Source: a virus (taxonomy: Duplodnaviria > Caudoviricetes). Taken from it: a stretch of DNA of 64,000 nucleotides. Positions within the stretch are counted from its first letter, which is position 1. Each line of letters opens with the position of its first letter. Below, in pieces: positions 1 to 9,440 of the stretch. The stretch lies in the IMG/VR virus record IMGVR_UViG_3300020046_005360. One strand, written 5' to 3'. The notes under the pieces were generated by a model that saw only the letters and a program-made list of their open reading frames with translations, was not told the DNA's origin and searched no databases. The position numbers and the translations under genes were made by a program.

Positions 1-334
1 CATTTGATTTTTTTCTTAATTCTAATAACTCAGTTATTAAACTTCTTTGAATATTTTTAGATTTTACTAAATCTTTTTCAATAGTTACTAATGGTCTTTC
101 TAAATTATTTCTTTCTTTTAATTGATCTATTAATGATTTATTTAGATTAGATAAATCCCTATTTGCTTGATTAATTTTTAATAATTGTTCTCTACCTAAA
201 GTATTTAACCCAAACGTTTTTTTAATTAAAGACATTTGTTCCCTTAATTCATCAGAATTCAATCTAGTTATCTCTAATTGAGATAATAAAACATCATTTT
301 GGTCCTGTAAATCCTGTAATGTAAAATCGGCCAT
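1..334 (-). CDS. N-terminal part of probable tape measure protein (runs off window)
   Basis: Open frame from ATG at 334 (MADFTLQDLQDQND...) to the window edge; coiled-coil-like; follows the tail tube and chaperone genes. Confidence 0.55.
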   Translation of the reverse strand, partial: MADFTLQDLQDQNDVLLSQLEITRLNSDELREQMSLIKKTFGLNTLGREQLLKINQANRDLSNLNKSLIDQLKERNNLERPLVTIEKDLVKSKNIQRSLITELLELRKKSN

Positions 335-360
335 TTATTTATATTTTATATAAATATAAA

Positions 361-387
361 AAAGACCTCTATTTTTTAGAGGTCTTT
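361..387 (-). terminator. Rho-independent terminator-like hairpin
   Basis: aaagacctcta-ttttt-tagaggtcttt inverted repeat with T tract on the minus strand. Confidence 0.6.
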
Positions 388-647
388 GAATTATATTGAT
401 TCTGTGGTGGAACTGATGGTCTAGCTATTTTGTCGGTTTTAGTTGTATTTGAAATAACATTGTTTTGTTCTTCAACTTGTTCATTTTTCTTTCTATAAAA
501 TTCTTCAATTTTTTTATAAGTAAAATTTCTTAACCAAACAGGCATATTATAAACTGTTTCCCAATCATATCCTCCATTTCCATGGAATATTATTTCGTGA
601 ATTTGGGAAAATAGTTCTATTCTATATTGTTGATTCAGGCCAAAAAA
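369..647 (-). CDS. Frameshift extension of tail assembly chaperone (gp51/gpT-like)
   Basis: Hand-translated 92-codon frame FFGLNQQYRIELFSQIHEIIFHGNGGYDWETVYNMPVWLR...; no start codon at its 5' end; overlaps the T7 run at the end of 622..1386. Confidence 0.6.
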   Translation of the reverse strand, partial: FFGLNQQYRIELFSQIHEIIFHGNGGYDWETVYNMPVWLRNFTYKKIEEFYRKKNEQVEEQNNVISNTTKTDKIARPSVPPQNQYNSKTSKK

Positions 648-1386
648 AGTTTAGATTAATTGGAATAGGTGTGCCCTCCACTTCACCCTCTTCTCTATAA
701 ATCAATTCAATGTCTGGAGATATTCTTTTAATTTCATTTCTTAATTCTTTACTATCTCTAGCTAATAAATTTTGATCTACAAATTCTCTAATGGTTTTTG
801 TTTCTCTATCTCCATCAACTGAAGTAATAATAAATTTGAATCTTGTTGTTAATTCTGGTGCGGGTTTATTTGGGAATAGTTTTTTCAAACTTTCTATTTC
901 TTTATCTATCTTTTTCTCATCGCCATGAGTTAATAATTTAAAAGTAATAGGAATTTTCATATAAGGTAAAACAAATGAAAATTCATTTTTACCCTTTTTA
1001 GATAAATAATCATCATTTAATACTTTATCTTCTAAAGTGGTTAAATCAATCGTTTTATCTGAATAGTTTCCATCAGAATCAAATGTTTTAAATGTATAAT
1101 TTTTACCATATCCCAAAATACGAGAAGCTATTAATATAGCATTTTTATCCCCTACTATTAAATCATTTATATCTATTTTTGATATAATAAGGGCTTCCAT
1201 TAGTTTATCTAAAACTGTTCCTTGTTTAATATAATTCTGGTTGGTAAGAATATCTTCTTCTGCAGCCGTCATATATTTCATCTCTATCTTTCCACTTGAT
1301 AGTGGATTATCTTCGGGATATATTAATCCACGAGATGGAAGATCAATCGTTTCTGTGGGTAATTTGAATTTTGGTTCTTGACTCAT
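622..1386 (-). CDS. Baseplate hub assembly / tail chaperone protein (T4 gp26-like)
   Basis: LPSRG...MTAAEEDIL...FFWP pattern; position between tail tube and tape measure. Confidence 0.7.
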   Translation of the reverse strand: MSQEPKFKLPTETIDLPSRGLIYPEDNPLSSGKIEMKYMTAAEEDILTNQNYIKQGTVLDKLMEALIISKIDINDLIVGDKNAILIASRILGYGKNYTFKTFDSDGNYSDKTIDLTTLEDKVLNDDYLSKKGKNEFSFVLPYMKIPITFKLLTHGDEKKIDKEIESLKKLFPNKPAPELTTRFKFIITSVDGDRETKTIREFVDQNLLARDSKELRNEIKRISPDIELIYREEGEVEGTPIPINLNFFWPESTI

Positions 1387-1450
1387 AATTTAATTTTATT
1401 TTGTGTATATAAATATATAATAAGATAGAGAAACCTAACATTTCTGTTAA

Positions 1451-2308
1451 TTACTTACAGTTTTCTAATAATATTCTTTTTACTTCGAGTATGTTATTAT
1501 TTATATCTGATTCCCAGAATCTAAGTAGTTTATAATTATTATCCTTTAACCATTGTTCTTTTTCTTTATCTCGTATTAGATTTTTCTTTTGAGAATCATA
1601 TTTAGCTTCTGAATGTTTTGAGTTTGGATTACAGTGCCAAAAATCCCCATCTATTTCTATTACTATATTAAGTTCTGGTAAATAGAAATCATAAAATGCC
1701 TTAATTTCTTTAGCATATAATTTCATTGAGTATTTTATATCAAGTAAATCTAATATGTTTTGGAAGGTGGTTTCTAATTTTGAAGTGTAATATTTCTTTT
1801 TCCCAATATTACCAGTCTTCCATTTTTCTAATTGGATTTCTCTCATTTTATCTTTAGTTTCTTGAGAGTGAATTCTACCTTCACCAAATCCCTTAGGTTT
1901 GGGTTTAGCTACTCCTAACATTTTTTTAGAGATTTTTTTACCCATAGAAATATTATCTCGAGTATAAATCATATCTATTATGTGATTATATTCTCCAGAT
2001 GCAAACTTTTCTTTTCTAGTTTTGGAAGTTTTTGCAGCCTTCTTAGGATCTTTAAGATCACCCCAATGACCTTCGAGCCTTGATTGATGACCATGTTTAC
2101 ATTTACAGAAATCAGCAATAGATGCTTCATATCTTGTTTCTTCTCCACATCCACAAGCACAAGAAGGTTTAATTCCATTATATTTAACTTGAATTAAATA
2201 ATCAGGAAATTTGAGTTTATGGATAAATCCTGTATGTTTTGATAACTTTACTTGTTTATCAGTCTTAAAATTACATAGTTTACATTCTAACATAAAAATT
2301 CCTTTCAC
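1451..2308 (-). CDS. Free-standing endonuclease, NUMOD3 + DUF559/Vsr-like domain
   Basis: HSQETKDKMR (NUMOD3-like); YDFYL...IEIDGDFWH...LLRFWESD. Confidence 0.75.
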   Translation of the reverse strand: MKGIFMLECKLCNFKTDKQVKLSKHTGFIHKLKFPDYLIQVKYNGIKPSCACGCGEETRYEASIADFCKCKHGHQSRLEGHWGDLKDPKKAAKTSKTRKEKFASGEYNHIIDMIYTRDNISMGKKISKKMLGVAKPKPKGFGEGRIHSQETKDKMREIQLEKWKTGNIGKKKYYTSKLETTFQNILDLLDIKYSMKLYAKEIKAFYDFYLPELNIVIEIDGDFWHCNPNSKHSEAKYDSQKKNLIRDKEKEQWLKDNNYKLLRFWESDINNNILEVKRILLENCK

Positions 2309-2381
2309 TTATTATACATGTATAAATATATGAAAGGAATTCAAGATTGCGATTGATTATATAGTTTTTAACTATACTGCG

Positions 2382-2870
2382 CTAAAAATTAAGTATACAA
2401 TAATCCATTGCTAAAGTTAATTGAATTTCATTTGCTGCATCTCCTGTAGCCCAATCGAAATCACCGAATGTGGCTGTTTTAACGAAGGCACCTTTTATAA
2501 TCCATTCACTTACCACATCACCTACTGGTCCTAAGAAATTTAATGTGATATCTTTTTTATAGAAATCACTATATCCATCTCTACCTGTTACAGATTCGTG
2601 AGCTAAACGAGCCCATTCCATTACTGATTGTGCTCCTGATGGTGCAATTGGGTTGTAAAGTGAAATATTCATATCATTCCAGTTTACCTTACCTTTTATT
2701 TTGCGATAAACGTTGATATGATCTAATTTTATTTCTCCTGCATCAAAAGAAGGTGCTGTTACTTTTTTAATTAGGTATGATGGAATACCATCTATGTACA
2801 TGATATGTCTATTAGCTACGATTGGCTCGAAAGCTGTGAACATCATTTCACTATTATCTAATACTGCCAT
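2382..2870 (-). CDS. Tail tube protein (gp19-like)
   Basis: 162 aa, WIIKGAF...LAMDY pattern, downstream of sheath. Confidence 0.85.
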   Translation of the reverse strand: MAVLDNSEMMFTAFEPIVANRHIMYIDGIPSYLIKKVTAPSFDAGEIKLDHINVYRKIKGKVNWNDMNISLYNPIAPSGAQSVMEWARLAHESVTGRDGYSDFYKKDITLNFLGPVGDVVSEWIIKGAFVKTATFGDFDWATGDAANEIQLTLAMDYCILNF

Positions 2871-2988
2871 TTTATTATTTGATTTATTATTATAATTATA
2901 AATATAACTATTATTAAAGGAATTGGTTTATTTAAATTTTTTTATTATATTTATCAACGTAAAACGTTTGAACCTAAAATATATAACT

Positions 2989-4479
2989 ATGGCTAGACCA
3001 TCAAATCCTAAAGAAAACAGAACATGCCCCAATTGTTTAAATATATTTGAAGTGCAATCTTGGAAAGTAAAAATATATTGTGGGAGACAGTGTGCTCAAG
3101 AATATACCAAATCAAAAAATAGGGATTGGTTGGATAAAAGAGATATAACTAATATGGAAGTATATGGAGTTAAATCCCCATTAGAAAATAAACAAGTTCT
3201 CCAAAATTATAAAGATAGTATAATAAAGAAATATGGAGTTGAAAATCCTTTTTTGGTTAAAGAATTTAGAGATAAAGCAGATAATACTATTTTAGAAAAA
3301 TATGGATTTAGATATGCAAATCAAAATAAACATATAGCTCAAAAAATTTCAAATTCTATAAAGGGGAAAGAAAAGGATAGAACTAATTTTGTAGAGTTAA
3401 AGTGGGACAAGTTGGAGTTATTTTGTAAAGAAACAGATATAACTCCCCAGTTTGATAAACAATTTTTATTAGATAATAAAGTTGAAGAACAAATTAAATT
3501 TATATTTAAATGTAATAAATGTTCCAACATAATGAGTGTATCTTTAGATAATGGGTATTTACCTAGTTGTGTTTGTTCTAATTATAGAGGATATTCATTA
3601 ATTGAAGAAGAAATATCTAAATTCATAATAAATAATTATAAAAATGAGGTTAGACTTAAAGTCAGAGGAGTATTACCTAAAAATTTTGAAATTGATATAT
3701 TAATTGAAGATTTAAACTTAGGAATTGAAGTTAATGGAATATATTGGCATTCAGAAAGTATGGGTAAATATAGAGATTATCATTTATATAAAACAGAAAA
3801 ATGTTTGGATAAAGGAATACAATTATTACATATTTTTGATAATGAATGGTTATATAAAAAACCAATAATACAATCTATTATATTAAATAAATTAGGATTA
3901 ACCCCTAATAAAGTTTATGCAAGGAAATGTGAGATTAAAGAAGTATCTAATTCACATACTAAAGAATTTCTTTTGGAAAATCATAGACAAGGGTATTGTC
4001 CTTCTAAACACAATATAGGACTATATAATAATGATGAATTAGTTTCCATCATGACATTTGGAAAAAATAGATTTAAACAGGATGGAAAATTTGAGTTACT
4101 TAGATTTTGTAATAAATTAAATACTAATGTAATAGGGGGAGCTTCCAAATTATTAAAATATTTTAATATTATCATAAACACAAAAGGGACGGATATTATA
4201 TCATTCGCAGATAGAAGGTATTCGATTGGGGGTTTATATGAAAATATTGGATTTGAATTTGAATCATTTTCTAAACCATCATATTTTTATTGGAAAAACA
4301 CACATATATTAAATAGAATGTCTTGCCAAAAACATAAATTAGAAAAATTATTACCGTTATTTGATCCTAATTTATCAGAATATGAAAATATGAAACTAAA
4401 TAAATGGAATAGGGTGTGGGATTGTGGTAATTATAAATTTATATATAAGAATAAAAAAGACCTCAATAAGAGGTCTTAA
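2989..4479 (+). CDS. Hef-like homing endonuclease (Vsr-type nuclease + C-terminal domain)
   Basis: KYGVENP repeats, EIDI...GIEVNGIYWHSE, VYARKC, FADRRYS, VWDCG; only long plus-strand gene; start placed at ATG 2989 after an ATATTTAT motif. Confidence 0.75.
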   Translation: MARPSNPKENRTCPNCLNIFEVQSWKVKIYCGRQCAQEYTKSKNRDWLDKRDITNMEVYGVKSPLENKQVLQNYKDSIIKKYGVENPFLVKEFRDKADNTILEKYGFRYANQNKHIAQKISNSIKGKEKDRTNFVELKWDKLELFCKETDITPQFDKQFLLDNKVEEQIKFIFKCNKCSNIMSVSLDNGYLPSCVCSNYRGYSLIEEEISKFIINNYKNEVRLKVRGVLPKNFEIDILIEDLNLGIEVNGIYWHSESMGKYRDYHLYKTEKCLDKGIQLLHIFDNEWLYKKPIIQSIILNKLGLTPNKVYARKCEIKEVSNSHTKEFLLENHRQGYCPSKHNIGLYNNDELVSIMTFGKNRFKQDGKFELLRFCNKLNTNVIGGASKLLKYFNIIINTKGTDIISFADRRYSIGGLYENIGFEFESFSKPSYFYWKNTHILNRMSCQKHKLEKLLPLFDPNLSEYENMKLNKWNRVWDCGNYKFIYKNKKDLNKRS

Positions 4480-4496
4480 ATATATTTATTATTTTA

Positions 4497-6143
4497 TTAA
4501 AAACTTGCACCTGTAGGTGAAACATTAAAGTCTAATATAACAAACTCAACAGTTTTTGCAGGTTGAACCCAAATTTGACCTATTAATTGATTTCTATCAA
4601 TTGTATCACTAGTATTATTAGTATCATCCATTACTACTTTATAAGCATATAATCCCCCTTTTGATTGGATTGAATCTAGATAAGGTCTTACTTGAGATAA
4701 GAAACTATTTCTAGTTGCTATAGTATTATTTTCAAACACCAATGTGTTACCTATTTGACCAATATGACGTTTAAGTTCAATTAATAACCTTCTAACGTTA
4801 ATTCTATCTAGAGCTGATGGTTTGGATATTAATGTTTTTTGTCCATAAACTACATTACCTTGTCCTGGGAAAGTTGCTATTGGATTTACTTTACCTTGAT
4901 ATAAAGTGTCTCTATCAGAAGGTTTTAATTTTTTTTCAGTTTGTACTATAGAAATACCTCCTCTTTTAAAACCTGCTGGTGCGAACCATTCAGCTCCTAC
5001 AGCATCATTATATGCATATACAGAAGGAATTATTGTTGAAGGTGGGACCCATGTTAATTTTCCTGTATTTGGAGCATTTACTTGTACCCAAGGGTGATAA
5101 GCGGCAGAATAAGAATTATCTACTTCAGCTGCTTCAGCTACTGCTGATGATACACTTGCTCCTTTATCTGTAAGATCTATAATTGCTATTGCGTCTCCTC
5201 TATCTTGAACAACAGATGTTAATAATGTAACAGCGGCACTATGACTAGAATGAGTTAAACCTGGTGTTGTAATTACATCAAATTGGTATTCATCTTTATT
5301 TGATAGGATATTTATAGATGCAGTATAATCATTTGAACCTAAACCATATACAGAAGATAAATTTCCCGCTGCATTTCCAAAAGTTCCACTTGATACTGTT
5401 GGAATAGAACTTGTATATATTGATTTAGCTACTCCATTATTGTCAAAATAATTTAATGTAGGGTTATTTACTTGTTTTACTCTAATATATCTACTTTTAT
5501 TAGTATAATCCCCTGTTATATCTACATAACCTCCTATTATTGTGGATACTTGATCACCAATAACAGCTGAAATGTAATTTGGGGAATTTGGATCTAAAGA
5601 TAAGTTAGGCCAAGTTTCTAATATAGTTTTTGTAGTACTATTATCACTTCCTTGTCTAATTAATAAATTAAAAGTACCGTTTGCTGTATTTATTGAAGGA
5701 ATTTCCCATCTATAATTATCTTGTGTACCACTTACTAAGGCCCCATTAGTAGTTTCAGAACCTGAGCTATTCATTATTGCACCTGCTGATATAGTTTCTA
5801 ATACAAATGATGAACTTACAAGAGCATTCAATATAGGTGTTGATGTTGCTGGAGCAAAAGTTCCTGATACTACTCTAGTTACTAATAATGTATCACCTCC
5901 TTGTTGAAAATAATTATATGCTGATATAGATGTTAAATATTCATTTGTTGTTGAACCACTATCAAATGCTCCTCCAAATTTTGATATATAATCACTATAA
6001 GATGTTACTAATGTTGGAATATTTACTGGTCCTTTTACAGATGGACCAATTATAGCAGCACCTGCTGTTTGAGGTCCCTGTACTATTTGGGATGTATTGT
6101 TTTCTCTGGTTAACACACCAGGAGATAAAAGAGTTTCACTCAT
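4497..6143 (-). CDS. Tail sheath protein (gp18-like)
   Basis: LSPGVLTRE, WFAPAGFKRG, GQKT...RINVRRL. Confidence 0.92.
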   Translation of the reverse strand: MSETLLSPGVLTRENNTSQIVQGPQTAGAAIIGPSVKGPVNIPTLVTSYSDYISKFGGAFDSGSTTNEYLTSISAYNYFQQGGDTLLVTRVVSGTFAPATSTPILNALVSSSFVLETISAGAIMNSSGSETTNGALVSGTQDNYRWEIPSINTANGTFNLLIRQGSDNSTTKTILETWPNLSLDPNSPNYISAVIGDQVSTIIGGYVDITGDYTNKSRYIRVKQVNNPTLNYFDNNGVAKSIYTSSIPTVSSGTFGNAAGNLSSVYGLGSNDYTASINILSNKDEYQFDVITTPGLTHSSHSAAVTLLTSVVQDRGDAIAIIDLTDKGASVSSAVAEAAEVDNSYSAAYHPWVQVNAPNTGKLTWVPPSTIIPSVYAYNDAVGAEWFAPAGFKRGGISIVQTEKKLKPSDRDTLYQGKVNPIATFPGQGNVVYGQKTLISKPSALDRINVRRLLIELKRHIGQIGNTLVFENNTIATRNSFLSQVRPYLDSIQSKGGLYAYKVVMDDTNNTSDTIDRNQLIGQIWVQPAKTVEFVILDFNVSPTGASF

Positions 6144-6196
6144 GTCGTTATATTATTTTAATTAGAATTTATTTATATATAAATATTAAAATATTT

Positions 6197-6334
6197 TTAT
6201 AAAATTAATATACTACCATCTATAACTACCTCAGTGTTGGATAAATTACCACTAAATGCTTTTAATATACGTAGGATTATAGGATCTTTAGTCCTCTTAT
6301 TTGGGGTGTCTATATAATCTAGTAAATTTTTCAT
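6197..6334 (-). CDS. 45-aa mini-ORF resembling the shared N-terminal domain of the fibre genes
   Basis: MKNLLDYIDTPNKRTKDPIILRILKAFSGNLSNTEVVIDGSILIL vs LLRIINALDGTNPNTNIEVSGSV. Confidence 0.5.
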   Translation of the reverse strand: MKNLLDYIDTPNKRTKDPIILRILKAFSGNLSNTEVVIDGSILIL

Positions 6335-6350
6335 AATAAATGCTTATTAG

Positions 6351-7292
6351 TTATATTACTATCCTAACTTCTCCAGTAGCTGTTCTATATAAATCTTTTA
6401 CCACTAATCCTCCTGTTATTGCAGCAGCATTATTTGCATAAACTCTACTATCTAAATTAATATTTAGTATATCATCTAAGGTAGCTAAAATGTAGGTCGC
6501 CTCTCCAGCGGCTGGTTTATCTATAGGAAATTTAAAGAAAAGAGATTTAGCTGTAGTTAATTCTAAATTATCATTCATATTAGTTTGTACTGCCATGGTT
6601 ACTCCTGTAGCAGGCATGAATCCTGCTTTCATATACCTGCCATCATCTAAATCAATAGAAGCTCCTATAAAAGGAACTGGTATATTAATTAATGGTAGTA
6701 CTCCTGCCTTAAGTGTAGTTAATCCAGGATCCCATTCTTTATAAAAATCAAGAGTAGTTGAATTACCTTGTGTTAAAACACTTTGTAAATCCTGTGTTCC
6801 CCCTGTTGGTATATCATCTAATGTTGCTATAATGTGATCTCCTGATGGTTTATTTGGGGGAAATCTAAAAGTATTTCTATCTCCAATAGCTCTATCAGAT
6901 AAAATTAAAAGGTTTTGCCCCGTAGTATTGTTGTTTGTGCCCATTAAGTCTTCATCTATAGACCCTAAAGTTACAATACCAATAGAATTAACACAATTAA
7001 TACCTCCTGCGTATATTTCAGTACTTGCACCCTCTTCAATTACTCTTAATATAGTAGTTGATTCATTCCCACTATCTAATACACTTTGTAAATCTTGTGA
7101 ACCTCCTCCACTTCCTGTAGGTATATTAGTTAATTGAGAACCATCACCAATAAAATATGATGCAGTTACACTACCAGACACTTCTATATTAGTGTTGGGA
7201 TTAGTTCCATCTAAGGCATTTATTATACGTAATAAATGTTCAGATTTAATTTGTTGATGAGGAGCAATCCCCGATTTTGAAATTTTTGTCAT
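6351..7292 (-). CDS. Putative virion fibre/decoration protein
   Basis: N-terminus nearly identical to 9441..11771; FIGDGSQLTNI; repeated QDLQSVL. Confidence 0.55.
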   Translation of the reverse strand: MTKISKSGIAPHQQIKSEHLLRIINALDGTNPNTNIEVSGSVTASYFIGDGSQLTNIPTGSGGGSQDLQSVLDSGNESTTILRVIEEGASTEIYAGGINCVNSIGIVTLGSIDEDLMGTNNNTTGQNLLILSDRAIGDRNTFRFPPNKPSGDHIIATLDDIPTGGTQDLQSVLTQGNSTTLDFYKEWDPGLTTLKAGVLPLINIPVPFIGASIDLDDGRYMKAGFMPATGVTMAVQTNMNDNLELTTAKSLFFKFPIDKPAAGEATYILATLDDILNINLDSRVYANNAAAITGGLVVKDLYRTATGEVRIVI

Positions 7293-7294
7293 TT

Positions 7295-7513
7295 TTATTC
7301 TTCGTATTTATAATTATTATCATATGTTCCACAACTATCATAACTAATTATTTTTGGTATTAATGTATTACAACTATCTATATTAATACTAATATTAATA
7401 TTTTGTCTACTACATGAATAAATAACATATTCGTTAACTTGTTCTTCTAAAGGTAATACACTTATATAATTCAGATTTCGGAATTCATCCCAAGATAATT
7501 TAGATACACACAT
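7295..7513 (-). CDS. Hypothetical protein
   Basis: ORF with upstream ATATTTATA motif. Confidence 0.5.
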   Translation of the reverse strand: MCVSKLSWDEFRNLNYISVLPLEEQVNEYVIYSCSRQNINISINIDSCNTLIPKIISYDSCGTYDNNYKYEE

Positions 7514-7535
7514 ATTTTAAAATTTATTATAAATA

Positions 7536-7772
7536 TTAATAACTACCGTCTTCTATATTAATATTTAGGTTATCTCCATATTTCTTTATTAAGAATTCCT
7601 TTAAAGTTTTTTCCTCATCTTGTAATTCTATTAATTTAGATTCAACTTTGATTTTTTGTTTTTTTAACATTATTTCCCCATAAGATATATCTCCCAATTC
7701 TACTATTATATCTTGAGATTTATTTTGAATATCTTTTAATTGTTCTAATTCTTGTTGTTCTATTTTTTTCAT
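7536..7772 (-). CDS. Small coiled-coil protein (possible fibre chaperone)
   Basis: Heptad Leu/Glu/Lys pattern ending KYG...INIEDGSY. Confidence 0.55.
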   Translation of the reverse strand: MKKIEQQELEQLKDIQNKSQDIIVELGDISYGEIMLKKQKIKVESKLIELQDEEKTLKEFLIKKYGDNLNINIEDGSY

Positions 7773-7774
7773 AA

Positions 7775-8155
7775 TTATATGTTATTATTTATTGAATTAA
7801 GACAATGTCCTCCTCTAAACCAATATGGAATATCTATAATATACAAAACTATTATTAATATCCACCCTACTATTGATAGAGTTTTATCTCTTTGATTTTT
7901 TCCTAAAGCAGAACTTATTGTTTCTTCTCTATTCCCGAAATGATATCCCCCTTTAATCTTGAATATTACATTCCATAATGTTTTAAATTTCCAATTAGCA
8001 TACTTATCTATATCTTCTGCTCCTTCAAAAAAGTAATCATTTGTGGTTTGGAGAAAGTCTTTAGTTCTTATATTTTTATATATTACAACTAAAAGATCTA
8101 ATATAGTTATAGGTAAAAATAAAATTGTACCTATTATATATAAAATAAATCCCAT
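7775..8155 (-). CDS. Membrane protein
   Basis: Two hydrophobic segments; FGNREETISSALGKN motif. Confidence 0.6.
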   Translation of the reverse strand: MGFILYIIGTILFLPITILDLLVVIYKNIRTKDFLQTTNDYFFEGAEDIDKYANWKFKTLWNVIFKIKGGYHFGNREETISSALGKNQRDKTLSIVGWILIIVLYIIDIPYWFRGGHCLNSINNNI

Positions 8156-8506
8156 CTATTCCCAATCATTATAAGTTGTACCATAATTTTCACCATTTTC
8201 CAACATTAATTGAATATCTGTAAATTCTTCTAATCTTTGATTTAGAGCATTTTTTAGACTTGTTGTATCTAAAGGTTGTAAAGATAACTCAACATTGTCT
8301 ATTTGTTCCCATGATAAATTTATATTAAATCTATCTAATAATACAACGCTTTCATTATCATTTATATAATAGTAATACCCATTTACGTTTACATTACTTT
8401 CATTAAAATATATATCTTCTACTTTTAGATATATGATATAATTTCCTATTAATTTATTTCTTTTATCTAATATAGGAAATGTATTTTTGGTTTGTTTTTG
8501 AATCAT
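8156..8506 (-). CDS. Hypothetical protein (fibre-associated)
   Basis: Tightly packed ORF in fibre cluster. Confidence 0.55.
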   Translation of the reverse strand: MIQKQTKNTFPILDKRNKLIGNYIIYLKVEDIYFNESNVNVNGYYYYINDNESVVLLDRFNINLSWEQIDNVELSLQPLDTTSLKNALNQRLEEFTDIQLMLENGENYGTTYNDWE

Positions 8507-8522
8507 TTTTATTTTAATTAGA

Positions 8523-9437
8523 TTATACTGTATATATATTTATTGAGTTACTCACCAATGATTTATTATAATAAATATCTACTGCTAATATTTCAATTTT
8601 ATACAACGTAGCTGTTGTAAGCGCTGTTATTGTTTGACCACTTGCAGTAATTCTTCCTTTATATATATTATTTACATACACTTCATAAAAATCAAGAGTG
8701 TTTGTACTACTTGGAGGTGTAAAATTCAATTGAATAGTAGTGCTTGTGATTGTTCCAGCTGTTAAATTAACTATAGCATTTGGTTTAGTATAATTTGGGA
8801 CAAAAACTATAGAAGATAAGGTGCCTCCTGAAACATAAGATACATCACCCTCAATACCTCCCGAATTAGAAGTTTGTTCCGATATTGGAACGTATAATTT
8901 CATTCTTTGTGCCCCATTAGGCGTAAATACACTATTGTTCACTTTACTTGTTCCAAAATTTATACACTTTGGTAAGACAACCGTTTTAGTCCCCGATGAA
9001 GTTTGCCAATTACCTAGCCAGTTAGCAGGAACGGTTGTGCAATTCGGCATATCTAGTATAAAAGGAGTAAAAATATCTTGAAATATAGTTGTTCCTGTTT
9101 GTGTTATTATGCCAGGAAAATACAACCTTATAATTCCAGCCGACATATTTGCAAAAGTTGAATTTTGAATATTAGCAACTAATCCATCATTATCATAATA
9201 ATATTTAAGTAATGTTCTTAATGAAGTTGGATTTGTAAAACCTAATGAGTAAGAACCAACCATTCTAAATTGTATGTCTGAACCAATAATAGAAAATTTT
9301 TGTATTCTACTTACTAATACGCCGAACATTGAAGCTACTGCACTAGCAGAATTCAAAACAGAAGATACTCCACCTATATAAGTATTTACAGTACCCCTTG
9401 ATTTTCCGAATTCGTAAAACTGTATTGGATTAAACAT
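8523..9437 (-). CDS. Fibre-associated protein with C-terminal fibronectin type III-like domain
   Basis: NLTAGTITSTTIQLNFT...YEVYVN...LTTATLYKIEILAVD. Confidence 0.6.
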   Translation of the reverse strand: MFNPIQFYEFGKSRGTVNTYIGGVSSVLNSASAVASMFGVLVSRIQKFSIIGSDIQFRMVGSYSLGFTNPTSLRTLLKYYYDNDGLVANIQNSTFANMSAGIIRLYFPGIITQTGTTIFQDIFTPFILDMPNCTTVPANWLGNWQTSSGTKTVVLPKCINFGTSKVNNSVFTPNGAQRMKLYVPISEQTSNSGGIEGDVSYVSGGTLSSIVFVPNYTKPNAIVNLTAGTITSTTIQLNFTPPSSTNTLDFYEVYVNNIYKGRITASGQTITALTTATLYKIEILAVDIYYNKSLVSNSINIYTV

Positions 9438-9440
9438 AAA

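Noticed and set aside
5455-5485. VKQVNNP in the tail sheath as a tag copy
   Set aside because: Lacks the preceding E-I and lies within the sheath body; probably chance
6262-6272. CGTATATTA as a promoter
   Set aside because: Falls inside the 6197..6334 mini-ORF (LRIL codons)
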